Assembly: GCA_963778655.1 (NCBI GenBank)
Contig: CAVZVA010000010.1
Span: 1,120,001-1,184,000, forward strand
Reading direction: 5' to 3'
Source: an uncultured delta proteobacterium
GTDB taxonomy: Bacteria; Myxococcota_A; Polyangia; Polyangiales; JAFGIB01
Length of the DNA: 64,000 bases
The notes beneath the pieces are model-generated. The model was not told the origin of the DNA, ran no database searches, and saw nothing but the letters and a program-made list of their open reading frames with translations. Made by a program: the position numbers and the translations under genes. Each line of letters starts with the position of its first letter. The first letter of the stretch is position 1. Shown here piece by piece: positions 21,847-32,613 of the stretch.

Positions 21847-22018
21847 CGCCCTCACCTCTCTCTGGTTCGCGACCAACGGAGCCCCATCAATAGGCAAACC
21901 CGGCGCGGAACGCAATTGACGGTTGCCGCCGCGCCCGGGACGCGCCGCCCGCGCGACCCGCCGCGGGCGCTTGCCGGCCGCCTGGCAGGGCCGCGGCGCG
22001 CGTGGAAGGCTTTTCGGC

Positions 22019-23314
22019 ATGATCCCGCGTGCACCCGCCCTGCTCTCGGGGCTGCTACTGGGAGCGCTGGCCGCCGGTCCGGGCTGTGCCTCCGGCTCGC
22101 GCACAGCCGTCTCCTCGGCGTTGCGCCGCGGCCAGTTGGCCGAGGCCCTGGCGGCTTACGATCGCGGTCGCCCCGATCCCGCGCTGCTGCGCCGCATCGC
22201 GGCCGCCAGCCTCGAGCACGCGGCGCAGGCGCGCGACCCCGCTGAGCGCGCGCAGGCCCTGCGCGCGTTGGAGCGCGGCGGGGACGCCGGCGCACCCGCG
22301 TTGCAGCGGCTCGCGGCCCGCGGTGCAACGCCCGAGCTGCGCGCGCAGGCACTGCTGGCGCTCGCGCGCCTCGGCGACGGCGGCGCGCGCGAGGCGCTGC
22401 GCGCGCACTTGGACGATGCCGGCGCCGAGGTGCGCGCGGCCGCGGTCGAGGCGCTCGACCCCGAGGCCGACATCGCTCTGCTGCGCGCCGCCTGCGAGGC
22501 GCCCGCCGCCGTGGTCCGCCGCGCCGCGTTGCGCGTGCTTTCGCGCGCGCAGCCGAGCGCGGCCACGCGTCTTGCGCTGCAGCGCGTCGCGCGCCACGAC
22601 CCGGAGCCGGCCGCGCGCGCCGCGGCCTTGCACGCGCTCGCGCACCAGGGGCTTGCCGCGTACGATGCGATCGAAGCCCGGTTGCAGGACGCCTCCCGCT
22701 CCGTGCGCCTGGCCGCCATCGACGAGCTGGTGGCGCTCGATCGCGCGCGCGCCGCGCACAAGCTCGAGCGCTACCTCGGCGCCGACCCCAGCGCCGAGGG
22801 CGTGGAAGCCGCGCGCATGCTGCTTGCGGCCGAGCCGGCACAGGGGCCGGGTACCGCGCGCGCGCAGCTCGAGCGGGCGCTCGCCGATCGCGACGGCGCG
22901 CTGCGCGCTGCGGCCGCGGTGGCGTTGATGTCGCTGCGCGATCCGAGCGCTCGCGCTCTGGCGCTCGGGCGCGTCGCGCAGGAGCGCGTGCGCAGCGTGC
23001 GCCTGTGCCTGGCGGTGGCGCTCGGCGCCGAGCGGCCCGAGGGCCGCGCGCAGCTCACCGCGTTGATGGGCGCGCAGGATGAGGTCTCGGGCCAGGCCGC
23101 GGCTGAGCTCGCGCGTCACGGCGACGCCGCCGCGCTGGCGCGCCTGCGCGCCTTGCTGGCCACCGCGCAGCCGCTGGTGCGGCAGGTGGTGGTGCGGGCG
23201 CTCGCGCTCGACCTCGGTCACGCCCGCGAGGTGCGCCGCGCCTTGTTGGACCCGGACGCGGGCGTCCGGATGGCCGCGGCCGCGGCGATTTTGACTGCGG
23301 TTTCAAAGGCTTGA
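22019..23314 (+). CDS. HEAT-repeat lipoprotein
   Basis: Signal with GPGC; repeated D..VR.AA..AL motifs. Confidence 0.75.
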   Translation: MIPRAPALLSGLLLGALAAGPGCASGSRTAVSSALRRGQLAEALAAYDRGRPDPALLRRIAAASLEHAAQARDPAERAQALRALERGGDAGAPALQRLAARGATPELRAQALLALARLGDGGAREALRAHLDDAGAEVRAAAVEALDPEADIALLRAACEAPAAVVRRAALRVLSRAQPSAATRLALQRVARHDPEPAARAAALHALAHQGLAAYDAIEARLQDASRSVRLAAIDELVALDRARAAHKLERYLGADPSAEGVEAARMLLAAEPAQGPGTARAQLERALADRDGALRAAAAVALMSLRDPSARALALGRVAQERVRSVRLCLAVALGAERPEGRAQLTALMGAQDEVSGQAAAELARHGDAAALARLRALLATAQPLVRQVVVRALALDLGHAREVRRALLDPDAGVRMAAAAAILTAVSKA

Positions 23315-23468
23315 GCCAGGTCTTCCGGCCCAAGGCGGGGAACCCATCAGGCCCGCACAAATTCTATAAATAGAGTATTTTTATTGTTGAACGCGAAACT
23401 GGCACCCCGTAACATCTCGTGAAGCCCACCTGGATTTGGTGGTCCACGTCACGTTGTGAGGTGCTTGG

Positions 23469-26400
23469 ATGGCCTGTTCTTGGACACGGAAGAGAGTCGG
23501 TCTGGCTGTGGTGTTCGGGCTTGCCGCGTGCGGCCTGGCGGGCTGCAACGCGGACACCCATCCGATGACAGCGGGCCGCGGGGACGAGGGCACCGCGGGA
23601 ACCAGTGCCGACACCTCCGCAGCGGGCAAGGCCGCGCCCTCGGGCGGCGCCCCCGACGCCGGCCCCGGCTCCGCACCGAGCGATGCGAGCACGAGCAGCG
23701 GCGCGGGCGGGATGCCGCCGGTCCAGTTCATGATCCCCACCGCGGGCGGCTCGGTCGGCGTGTCCACCGCCGACGGCCAGCAGGTGAGCTTCGAGTTCCC
23801 CGCGGCCGCGGCCGGCATGATGGTGACGCTCACGCCGGCGGCGGCGAGCGACATCGGCTGGCCCGAGGGCAAGTTCGCGCAGGTCATCCGCATGGAGCCC
23901 GACGGCACGCACTTCCCGGAGCCGATCGTGATCCGGCCCTCGAGCGCCGACGTGATCGTGCTCGACTTCCCGTCGAGCGGCTCGCGCAGCAAGCCCGAAG
24001 GCCTGCCGCTCGACGACGCGGGCGACGGCTTTCTGCTCTCGCACTTCTCGACGCTGGTGGTGGTGCCACCTGCAACCTCGTGCGACACCAGCTCGGGCTG
24101 GCAAGTGGCCTCCGCGGTCGAGTCGCAGAACCACTGCAGCGATCCGGACTATCCGACCTACATCACGTTCTCGTGCGACTCACTCGCGTACTGTCTGGCG
24201 ATCGACGCGGAGTGCTGTGCGCCTTCGGGGGCCACGGGGTGTCACCTCGGCGATTCGCTGCTGAGCGTGTCATACGCGCCGAGCACCGACACCCAAGGCG
24301 GCCGCTACCCGTACTGCGCGCCCGCGATGGACGGCGGCGTGCAAGACGCCGGCGGCATGGGCGGCAGCGGCGGCATGGGCGGCAGCGGCGGCATGGGTGA
24401 CACAGGCGGCGGCGGCAGCGGCGGCACGGGCGGCGGCGGCAGCGGCGGCACGGGCGGCAGCGGCGGCGGCGTGTGCACGGCCGGCGCGGCGTTGGCGTGC
24501 GATTGTCCCGGCGACACCAGCTCGCCGACCGGCGCGCAGTACTGCAACCAGGCGGGCAGCGGTTATGGCGCGTGCATGTGCGGCGATGGCGGCACCGGTA
24601 ACGTCGACGCGGGCAGCGACGGTGGCAGCGCGAGCAGCGACGCGGGCGTGGGCGGCGACGGCGGCAGCGGCAGCGTCGACGCGGGCAGCGACGGCGGCAG
24701 CGCCAGCAGCGACGGCGGCAGCGCGAGCAGCGACGCGGGCGTGGGCGGCGACGGCGGCAGCGGCAGCGTCGACGCGGGCAGCGACGGCGGCAGCGTCAGC
24801 AGCGACGGCGGCACCAGCGGTGGCGACGCGGCGGTCGTTTGCAACGGCCTGCCGGCGCCGGCCAGCGCGGTGGTCGCAGATCAGGTGGCGCAGGACATGG
24901 TCACCAGCAATGTCGGCGGGACGATCAGCGATGGGCTCTACGTGCTGGTGGGTGCCACCCTGTACACCGGCCCCAACGGCGCGTCGGGTCCCGGTCCTTC
25001 GTTCCGTTCGACACTGGCCATCGCGGGCTACGCGTCGGGCACTGGAGAGCTCGTCTTCCAGCGCGACGCCGATCCGCTGCAGAGCGAGAGCTTCACCACC
25101 ACCGCGGGCAACGGCTACCTCTCCATCCACTACACCTGCCCGCAAGCCCTCGGTCTCGACTACCCGTACGTCGCGGACCCGATGAACCTGATTCTGTACG
25201 ACGTGCCGAACTCGATCGTGTGGCACTACCAGCTGCAGAGCGGCGCAGACGCCGGGATGGCCGGCAGCGGCGGCGGTGGCGGCGGGACCGGCGGCGGCGA
25301 CGGCGGCGCATACTGCTCGCCAGGGACGCCACAGCCGTGCGACTGCGGCGGCAGCGTGGGCGTGCAGTACTGCGACCCGAGCGGCAACTTCTTCGGCGCG
25401 TGCATGTGCGGCGACGGCGGCACGGGCGGCGGCGCAGACGGCGGGATGGCCGGCAGCGGCGGCGGTGGCGGCGGGACCGGCGGCGGCGACGGCGGCGCAT
25501 ACTGCTCGCCAGGGACGCCGCAGCCGTGCGACTGCGGCGGCAGCGTGGGCGTGCAGTACTGCGACCCGAGCGGCAACTTCTTTGGCGCGTGCATGTGCGG
25601 CGACGGTGGCACGGGCGGCGGCGCAGACGCCGGGATGGGCGGTGGCAGCGGCGGTGGCCCGAGCGACGGTGGCCCGAGCGACGGCGGTGGCTATTGCTCG
25701 CCAGGGACGCCACAGCCGTGCGACTGCGGCGGCAGCGTGGGCGTGCAGTACTGCGACCCGAGCGGCAACTTCTTCGGCGCGTGCATGTGCGGCGACGGCG
25801 GCACGGGCGGCGACGGCGGCACGGACGCGGGTGGGGGCGGCGGCGTGGACGCGGGCCCCGGCGGAGATGCCGGCACCGGCAGCGTGAGCTGCGATCAGGC
25901 GGGCACCTGGACCGACGTCGGGCCCGTGCCCAACGTCGGAACCCTGTATGGCGTGTGGGGTTTCTCGGCTAGCGACGACTTCGCCTGGGCGGTGGGCAAC
26001 GCGGCCACCGGTGAGGCGCTGGTCGCGCACTACGACGGCAGCGGGTGGACCAGCCAGCTCGTGGATCCGAACGCCGGCAGCATCACCCTGTTCGCGATCT
26101 GGGGCCTGGACCCGGGCCACGCGGTGGCCGTGGGCAGCGGCGGCGCGATCTACGTCTACGACAATCAGGCGTGGAGCGCGGTGCAGAGCCCGACCACGCA
26201 GGACCTCTACGGCGTTTGGGGCGTAAGCCCCACGCAGTACTGGGTGGTGGGCTCCGCGGGTGCGGCGTTCTACTTCAACGGGCAGGCTTGGGAGGACCAC
26301 AGCATCACCGGTTCGGGGACCAACGCGATCGGCACGCTGCACGGCATCTGGGGCAGCGCGTTCGACGATGTCTGGGTCGTCAACGATACCGGCGGCGCGT

Positions 26401-26795
26401 CGGGCAACACCTACGTGCTGCAGCACTATCAGTCGGGCAGCTGGACCGCCGATAGCAGCACGGCCTGGAGCTATTACTCAAAGGCGGTGTGGGGCCTGAG
26501 CGCGAGCGACATCTGGGCCGTCGGCTATACCAAGGGCTCGGCCGCGCACTACGCCGGCTCGAGCTGGAGCATGCCTGCGACCGGGCCCGCGGCCAATCCG
26601 TATCTGCAAAGCGTGTGGGGCCGCGACGGCAGCCACGTATGGGCCGTCGGCGACAGCGGTCAGATCGACTTCTTCGACGGCACCCAATGGACCGGTTGCA
26701 GCGCGGTCACGGCGGCCGGCCTGCACTCGGTGTACGGCACGGCCACCAAGCTGTGGGCGGTCGGCGACGGGGGCAGCGTGCTGCGCATGGACTAA
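23469..26795 (+). CDS. Large modular surface lipoprotein (ZU5-like domain, Gly/Asp linkers, Cys-rich repeats, C-terminal W/G-rich beta-propeller)
   Basis: LAGC lipobox; EPDGTHFPEP..LSHFST; YCSPGTPQPCDC..GACMC x3; repeated L.gVWG...vWAVG blades. Confidence 0.85.
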   Translation: MACSWTRKRVGLAVVFGLAACGLAGCNADTHPMTAGRGDEGTAGTSADTSAAGKAAPSGGAPDAGPGSAPSDASTSSGAGGMPPVQFMIPTAGGSVGVSTADGQQVSFEFPAAAAGMMVTLTPAAASDIGWPEGKFAQVIRMEPDGTHFPEPIVIRPSSADVIVLDFPSSGSRSKPEGLPLDDAGDGFLLSHFSTLVVVPPATSCDTSSGWQVASAVESQNHCSDPDYPTYITFSCDSLAYCLAIDAECCAPSGATGCHLGDSLLSVSYAPSTDTQGGRYPYCAPAMDGGVQDAGGMGGSGGMGGSGGMGDTGGGGSGGTGGGGSGGTGGSGGGVCTAGAALACDCPGDTSSPTGAQYCNQAGSGYGACMCGDGGTGNVDAGSDGGSASSDAGVGGDGGSGSVDAGSDGGSASSDGGSASSDAGVGGDGGSGSVDAGSDGGSVSSDGGTSGGDAAVVCNGLPAPASAVVADQVAQDMVTSNVGGTISDGLYVLVGATLYTGPNGASGPGPSFRSTLAIAGYASGTGELVFQRDADPLQSESFTTTAGNGYLSIHYTCPQALGLDYPYVADPMNLILYDVPNSIVWHYQLQSGADAGMAGSGGGGGGTGGGDGGAYCSPGTPQPCDCGGSVGVQYCDPSGNFFGACMCGDGGTGGGADGGMAGSGGGGGGTGGGDGGAYCSPGTPQPCDCGGSVGVQYCDPSGNFFGACMCGDGGTGGGADAGMGGGSGGGPSDGGPSDGGGYCSPGTPQPCDCGGSVGVQYCDPSGNFFGACMCGDGGTGGDGGTDAGGGGGVDAGPGGDAGTGSVSCDQAGTWTDVGPVPNVGTLYGVWGFSASDDFAWAVGNAATGEALVAHYDGSGWTSQLVDPNAGSITLFAIWGLDPGHAVAVGSGGAIYVYDNQAWSAVQSPTTQDLYGVWGVSPTQYWVVGSAGAAFYFNGQAWEDHSITGSGTNAIGTLHGIWGSAFDDVWVVNDTGGASGNTYVLQHYQSGSWTADSSTAWSYYSKAVWGLSASDIWAVGYTKGSAAHYAGSSWSMPATGPAANPYLQSVWGRDGSHVWAVGDSGQIDFFDGTQWTGCSAVTAAGLHSVYGTATKLWAVGDGGSVLRMD
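24602..24812 (+). repeat. Intragenic tandem repeat encoding VDAGSDGGSASSDAGVGGDGGSGS units
   Basis: GTCGACGCGGGCAGCGACGG recurs three times with near-identical flanks. Confidence 0.8.
25242..25812 (+). repeat. Intragenic tandem repeat, three copies of about 190 bp (Cys-rich module)
   Basis: Module starts at 25311, 25500 and 25692 (periods 189 and 192 nt), nearly identical DNA. Confidence 0.92.
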
Positions 26796-26896
26796 ATGAC
26801 CGGTCACGATTCGGGAACGGCCATGCCGATCGGTCATTGATCCCGAATCGACAACTCTGATTTAGGGGCTGTCCCTAGCCCCGGCGCGCGCTCGCC

Positions 26897-27259
26897 TCAG
26901 CCGCGTGGTCGCTTGCCCAGAAAGCGTTTGAGCCCGTCGCGACCGTCGACGATGCGCAGGAACTCCACGCCCAGGCCGTGGCGCAGGCCGTGCTGCGCGC
27001 GGATCGCGCGCGTGACCACGCCCTCGGCAACCACCGGTTGATCTGCGGGATCGAGCCGTAGCGCTACCTCCACGCGCGCCCCCTGGGCCAGTGGTACCGC
27101 GGTACGCAAGAACAGCCCGCCCAGCCCCACGTCCGCGGTCGGTCCGAACACGGTGGCCTGCTCGCTCTCGATCCAGCACTGGCAGCGCACCGCGTAGCGC
27201 GAGTAGCGCCGGCGCTCGCTTTCGGGAAGCTTGCGGGATCGGTTGCCGAGCAGTTGCAT
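26897..27259 (-). CDS. PilZ domain protein
   Basis: ERRRYSR (RxxxR) and DVGLGG (D/NxSxxG-like) motifs. Confidence 0.85.
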   Translation of the reverse strand: MQLLGNRSRKLPESERRRYSRYAVRCQCWIESEQATVFGPTADVGLGGLFLRTAVPLAQGARVEVALRLDPADQPVVAEGVVTRAIRAQHGLRHGLGVEFLRIVDGRDGLKRFLGKRPRG

Positions 27260-27301
27260 CGCGCCCTTGCCACGCGTTCGCGTTTGACCGCTTCTAGACG
27301 C

Positions 27302-27841
27302 ATGATTGGCCGCGTGCAAGCGAACGGGCAACAAAGCGGCCGGGCCCAGGCACGCGGTGCTGCGCGCCTGCCGCCTGCGCGCGCGCGCACGGACGCGCGC
27401 AAACCACGGGCAAAGCGCTGGCTCGTAGCGGCTCTGATCCCGTGCGTGTGCCTGTGTTGCCGCGGCGAAAATTCGTCGCGCGAGCAGGTGCAGGCGTTGC
27501 TCGCGCGAATTTCGGAGCTCGATCTGCACGCCCCCGCGGTCCGGCGGGCGCAGCAGATCGAAGCCCTGCACGCGCTGCCGCTGCGCGACCCGGCGCTCGC
27601 GCGCGTGCGCGACCGCTGCGTGCAGGCCCACAGCGGGCTGCTCTCCGCCGAGCGCGAGCAGGCGCAGGCGCGCGTGCGGCTGCAGGACCAAGCGGCGCGC
27701 GGCGGCTCGGACAAGGCCGCGCTGCAGGCGATCGCAGCCTCGGTCGCGCATGCGGCCGCAACCCTGCAGAAGGCCCAGGGCGCGCTCGGCGAGTGCCAGC
27801 GCAGCCTGCGCGCGCTGGTCGCCGGCGGCGGAGCTGGCTGA
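27302..27841 (+). CDS. Hypothetical helical exported protein
   Basis: Hydrophobic/Cys segment then Ala/Gln-rich helices, GC3-biased codons; start uncertain. Confidence 0.55.
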   Translation: MIGRVQANGQQSGRAQARGAARLPPARARTDARKPRAKRWLVAALIPCVCLCCRGENSSREQVQALLARISELDLHAPAVRRAQQIEALHALPLRDPALARVRDRCVQAHSGLLSAEREQAQARVRLQDQAARGGSDKAALQAIAASVAHAAATLQKAQGALGECQRSLRALVAGGGAG

Positions 27842-27928
27842 GCGGCAGTGGTGGCGATCGAGGAGGACTGGGGAGTCAGGGGGTGGGGGCGCTGGCGTCT
27901 GGGCTCGGTCTGCTATGCTTGCAGCGCG

Positions 27929-28660
27929 ATGTGGTGGATTTCCGCGTTTTCGCGGCCCGGACGCCGGGTCGTCGCGGCGGCGGCCACGGCTCTGCTGGTG
28001 CTGGGCGCCTGCGGCAATCCGCTGCCCGGTGAGGAAGCGGCGAGCAAGGGCTCGCATGCGGCCGCCGCGCCGTCGCCGGCGGCCGAGCCCGGCCGCCCTG
28101 TCACGCCGCCATTCGCGGTGCGGGGCGAGCTCGACGGGCTGATGCTGGTGTGGTTCGACCAGAAGGGCCTGCACACGGCCAAGCGCCGCTCCGACATCCC
28201 CGAAGCGCGGCGCGCGGTGGTGAGGGTGGAGTCGTTGCGCATCGCGCCTGGCCAGCGCCTCGAGCCGGACCACGTCTACGTGGCCGATCTGCGCGCGGCG
28301 GGTCCCGGCGGCAGCTACAAGGTGCGCGTCCACAGCCGCGCCTGGTTCGACGCGCAGGTGGACGCCGCGCATCCCGGCCAGCAGCTGGCGCAACAGGGCG
28401 ACACCGGCGTCACCATCTACGCGGCCTCTTGGTGCGGGGTGTGTCGGGCCGCCGCAGCGTACCTGCGCTCGCGCCACGTGCCCTTCGTCGAAAAGGACAT
28501 CGAGAAGGATGCCGAGGCCAACGCCGAGATGCTGCGCAAGGCCCACGCTGCGGGCAAACACCCGAGCGGCGTGCCCGTGATCGACTTCCACGGCCACCTG
28601 TTGCTCGGCTTCGACCAGGCCACGCTCGACCGCCTGATCGATCAATACAAGGCGATCTGA
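27929..28660 (+). CDS. Glutaredoxin-domain lipoprotein
   Basis: LGAC lipobox; IYAASWCGVC, EKDIEKD, GVPVIDF. Confidence 0.85.
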   Translation: MWWISAFSRPGRRVVAAAATALLVLGACGNPLPGEEAASKGSHAAAAPSPAAEPGRPVTPPFAVRGELDGLMLVWFDQKGLHTAKRRSDIPEARRAVVRVESLRIAPGQRLEPDHVYVADLRAAGPGGSYKVRVHSRAWFDAQVDAAHPGQQLAQQGDTGVTIYAASWCGVCRAAAAYLRSRHVPFVEKDIEKDAEANAEMLRKAHAAGKHPSGVPVIDFHGHLLLGFDQATLDRLIDQYKAI

Positions 28661-28739
28661 GCCCGCCGCCTCACGCGGCAGGTCCGTGAGCGCCAAACGC
28701 GGGGAGCGCGACCAGGGCTACCCGGCTCGCTCCCGGCGA

Positions 28740-29291
28740 TCACATTCCGCCGTCGGCGTCCGCGCCGCCGCACGCGATCGGCGATCCGCCGTCCGTGGCA
28801 ACGTAGATGCACGGCGAGCCTGCGAGGGTGCTGCCACACACGTGGTCGGCGGTGCAGCAGCCCTTCGCGGTCGAGCCCATCGCGGCGGGCTTGTCGGGAC
28901 ACGCGGGGTCCGGCACCGCAGGGATGCCGCATGGAATGTTGACCAGCCCGCTGCCCATGACGCCGCAGGTGCTGGTGGCCTCGTCCACGCAACAGGGGCG
29001 CAGCAAGCCCGCGCCTTTGCAGGTCGCGGTCCCGCACGCCAGCGTCGGCGCCGCCATTCCGCCGGTTCCGCCGCTACCGCTGCCGCCACCGCCGCCGGTG
29101 CCCGCCGTGCTGCCGCCAGCGCCGCCGGTGCCCGCCGTGCTGCCGCCACCGCCGCCCGTACCGCCGGTGGCGCTCGAGCCTCCGCCAGTGCCCATGTCGG
29201 GCGTGCCGCCGTTTCCGGCGCTCTTACTACAGCCGCTGGCCGCCCACGCCCACGCCGCGAGCAGCAGCAGTCCCACGATCCGTCTGTTCAT
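28740..29291 (-). CDS. Small Gly/Cys-rich lipoprotein
   Basis: MNRRIVGLLLL..ASGC, Gly/Thr linker, CC-containing module. Confidence 0.75.
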   Translation of the reverse strand: MNRRIVGLLLLAAWAWAASGCSKSAGNGGTPDMGTGGGSSATGGTGGGGGSTAGTGGAGGSTAGTGGGGGSGSGGTGGMAAPTLACGTATCKGAGLLRPCCVDEATSTCGVMGSGLVNIPCGIPAVPDPACPDKPAAMGSTAKGCCTADHVCGSTLAGSPCIYVATDGGSPIACGGADADGGM

Positions 29292-29326
29292 TGTGTTTCT
29301 CCCCAACAGGCGCCACCACAGCGCTT

Positions 29327-29342
29327 CGCAGATGCCGCGCCG
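29327..29342 (-). promoter_or_regulatory. Possible sigma-54 promoter
   Basis: CGGCGCGGCATCTGCG, GG-N10-GC, about 35 nt before ATG 29291; weaker match. Confidence 0.35.
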
Positions 29343-29573
29343 GAACCGCGTTCGATCCGCGCACGAACGCTACAGAGATACGCCGTACGAAACAAGCTCG
29401 GCGCGCCCGAGGTCGCAGCAGCCCGCCGCCGCGCGCGAACCGAGCCGCGTGCGCTCCGCTTCCGGTCCGGCGCGGTGCGGGTCCAGGCATGGCTCGCGTT
29501 TGCCGCACCCGAACCGGCGGCGAAGTCGGCGCCGCTCGCAGGCGCGCTTGCTGCTCCCAGTGACGGGACGCCG

Positions 29574-30953
<1,380 letters not shown>

Positions 30954-30955
30954 GC

Positions 30956-31900
30956 TCAGCCCCCGAGGCCCCCGGGCGTGCCCGCTCCGACCAGCTCGCG
31001 CACCTGCGCCGGGCTCTCGGTCCAACCCGGCACCACCTTGACCCATAGCTTCAGGAACACCTTGCGCTGCAGCAGCTGTTCGATCTGCAGCCGCGCCGCG
31101 GTGCCGATCTGCTTGAGCCGCTGGCCGCGCTCGCCGATCACGATGCCCTTTTGCGACTCTTTCTCCACCACGATCGTGGCTGCGATGCGGCACAGCTTGC
31201 CTTCGTCGGAGAGCTCGTCGAGCACCACCGCCACGGCGTAGGGCACCTCCTGGCGGGTGCTCTCGATCACGGCTTCGCGCACCAGCTCCGCGGCGAAGAA
31301 GCGCTCGGGCTTGTCGGTGAGCAGCTCCTTGTCGTAGCGCAGCCCGACCGGCAGCAGTGCTCCGACCTCGCGTACCAGCGCGTCGAGGTTGACCCCGCGG
31401 CGCGCGGAGATCGGCACCACCGCAGCAAAGGGAAAGCTCTTCGCGCAGCGCTCGAGCAGCGGCAGCAGCAAGGCCTTGTTCTTGACGCGGTCGACCTTGT
31501 TCAGCGCGAGCACCACCGGCACGCCGTCCTTGCGCGCGGCCTCGAGCAGCTCCTGCTCTTCGGCGCCGAGCACGTCGCCGGGCGCGGGGTCTTGGCCGAG
31601 CTGGGCGACCAGCACGATCACGTCCGCGCCGCTGCGCCCGCCCTTGGCTTCTTCCAACAGCGCCCGGCCGAGCGCGTTGCGCGGCTGGTGCAGCCCCGGG
31701 GTGTCGACAAACGCGATCTGCAGCGGCGGCTCGTCCTGCAGGTAAACGCCCAGGATGCAGGTGCGCGTGGTCTGCGGCTTGGCGGTCGCGATCGCCAGCT
31801 TCTGGCCGAGCAGCGCGTTGAGCAGCGTCGACTTGCCGACGTTGGGACGGCCGGCGATGGCACAGCGGCCGCTTCTGGGTTCGAGGTCCTGGTCCGACAC
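30956..31900 (-). CDS. era: GTPase Era
   Basis: GRPNVGKS, KPQTTR, DTPG, NKVD, EVPY, SQKGIVIG KH motif. Confidence 0.95.
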   Translation of the reverse strand: MSDQDLEPRSGRCAIAGRPNVGKSTLLNALLGQKLAIATAKPQTTRTCILGVYLQDEPPLQIAFVDTPGLHQPRNALGRALLEEAKGGRSGADVIVLVAQLGQDPAPGDVLGAEEQELLEAARKDGVPVVLALNKVDRVKNKALLLPLLERCAKSFPFAAVVPISARRGVNLDALVREVGALLPVGLRYDKELLTDKPERFFAAELVREAVIESTRQEVPYAVAVVLDELSDEGKLCRIAATIVVEKESQKGIVIGERGQRLKQIGTAARLQIEQLLQRKVFLKLWVKVVPGWTESPAQVRELVGAGTPGGLGG

Positions 31901-32045
31901 GCGGCGGAGTCTGACACCGAGCGTGAACGCGGTCGACCACGCGCCTTGGGGGCCGGCAGGGGCGCGCGTCCAGGGCGTTCGGTAAGCGTTCGGCCACGCG
32001 CGATCCGGTTGACCGGGCGGCGCGCGCGGCGGAACCTTGCGCCCC

Positions 32046-32510
32046 ATGTCGGTGCTGTCGATCGTGCTGGCCGCGCTGTCGCTCTTGTGCATCCCGCTTG
32101 GCGTGGTGCTGGCGCCGGTGCCGGTGGTCGGCGCGGTGTTCGCGTTCGGGGCGGCCGCGCTCGCGCTTGCTGGCATCATCACGGGGGGGCTGGCGATGTC
32201 GCGCGGCAAGCGCGCGGGCCAGGCGACCGGTGTCGCGCAGGCGGGCGTGATCAGCTCGGCGCTGGCGTTCGTGCCCGCGCTGCTGACCGCGCTCACCTGC
32301 GGCGTGTGCAACGCGCTGTTCGCGGGCGGCCACTTCGAGGCGAGCCGCGACTTCCATGTGAGCGTGCAGCAGGGGTTGATGCCCCCGGCCGCCGATGGCG
32401 GCGCTCCGGGCGGGTCAGGCGGCGCCCGCGCGGCGCCCGACCAACCCGCCGCGCCGCGGCCTCCGGGCGCGCCGCCGCCTGCCTTTCCACCCCCGCCTCT
32501 GAAGCCGTGA
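32046..32510 (+). CDS. Membrane protein with Pro-rich tail
   Basis: Three hydrophobic segments, then PPPAFPPPP. Confidence 0.7.
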   Translation: MSVLSIVLAALSLLCIPLGVVLAPVPVVGAVFAFGAAALALAGIITGGLAMSRGKRAGQATGVAQAGVISSALAFVPALLTALTCGVCNALFAGGHFEASRDFHVSVQQGLMPPAADGGAPGGSGGARAAPDQPAAPRPPGAPPPAFPPPPLKP

Positions 32511-32613
32511 GCCCGCCAGCAGCCGAATTTCAAACCGTTAGCAAGCCGAAACGCGCGCGTAAGCTGGCGCGGCCAAGCTGAGCCCGAGGCTTGGAAAGGC
32601 GCCGCCCGACTCG

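Noticed and set aside
21891..21930. GGCAAACC...ACGCAA resembling a c-di-GMP-I riboswitch
   Set aside because: No room for the P2 stem with GNRA loop, and it is on the wrong strand for the ligase gene
23400..23416. TGGCAC as a sigma-54 promoter for the giant lipoprotein
   Set aside because: No GC at the required -12 spacing
25242..25812. Regularly spaced repeats as a possible CRISPR array
   Set aside because: In-frame coding repeats of about 190 bp with no unique spacers and no cas genes
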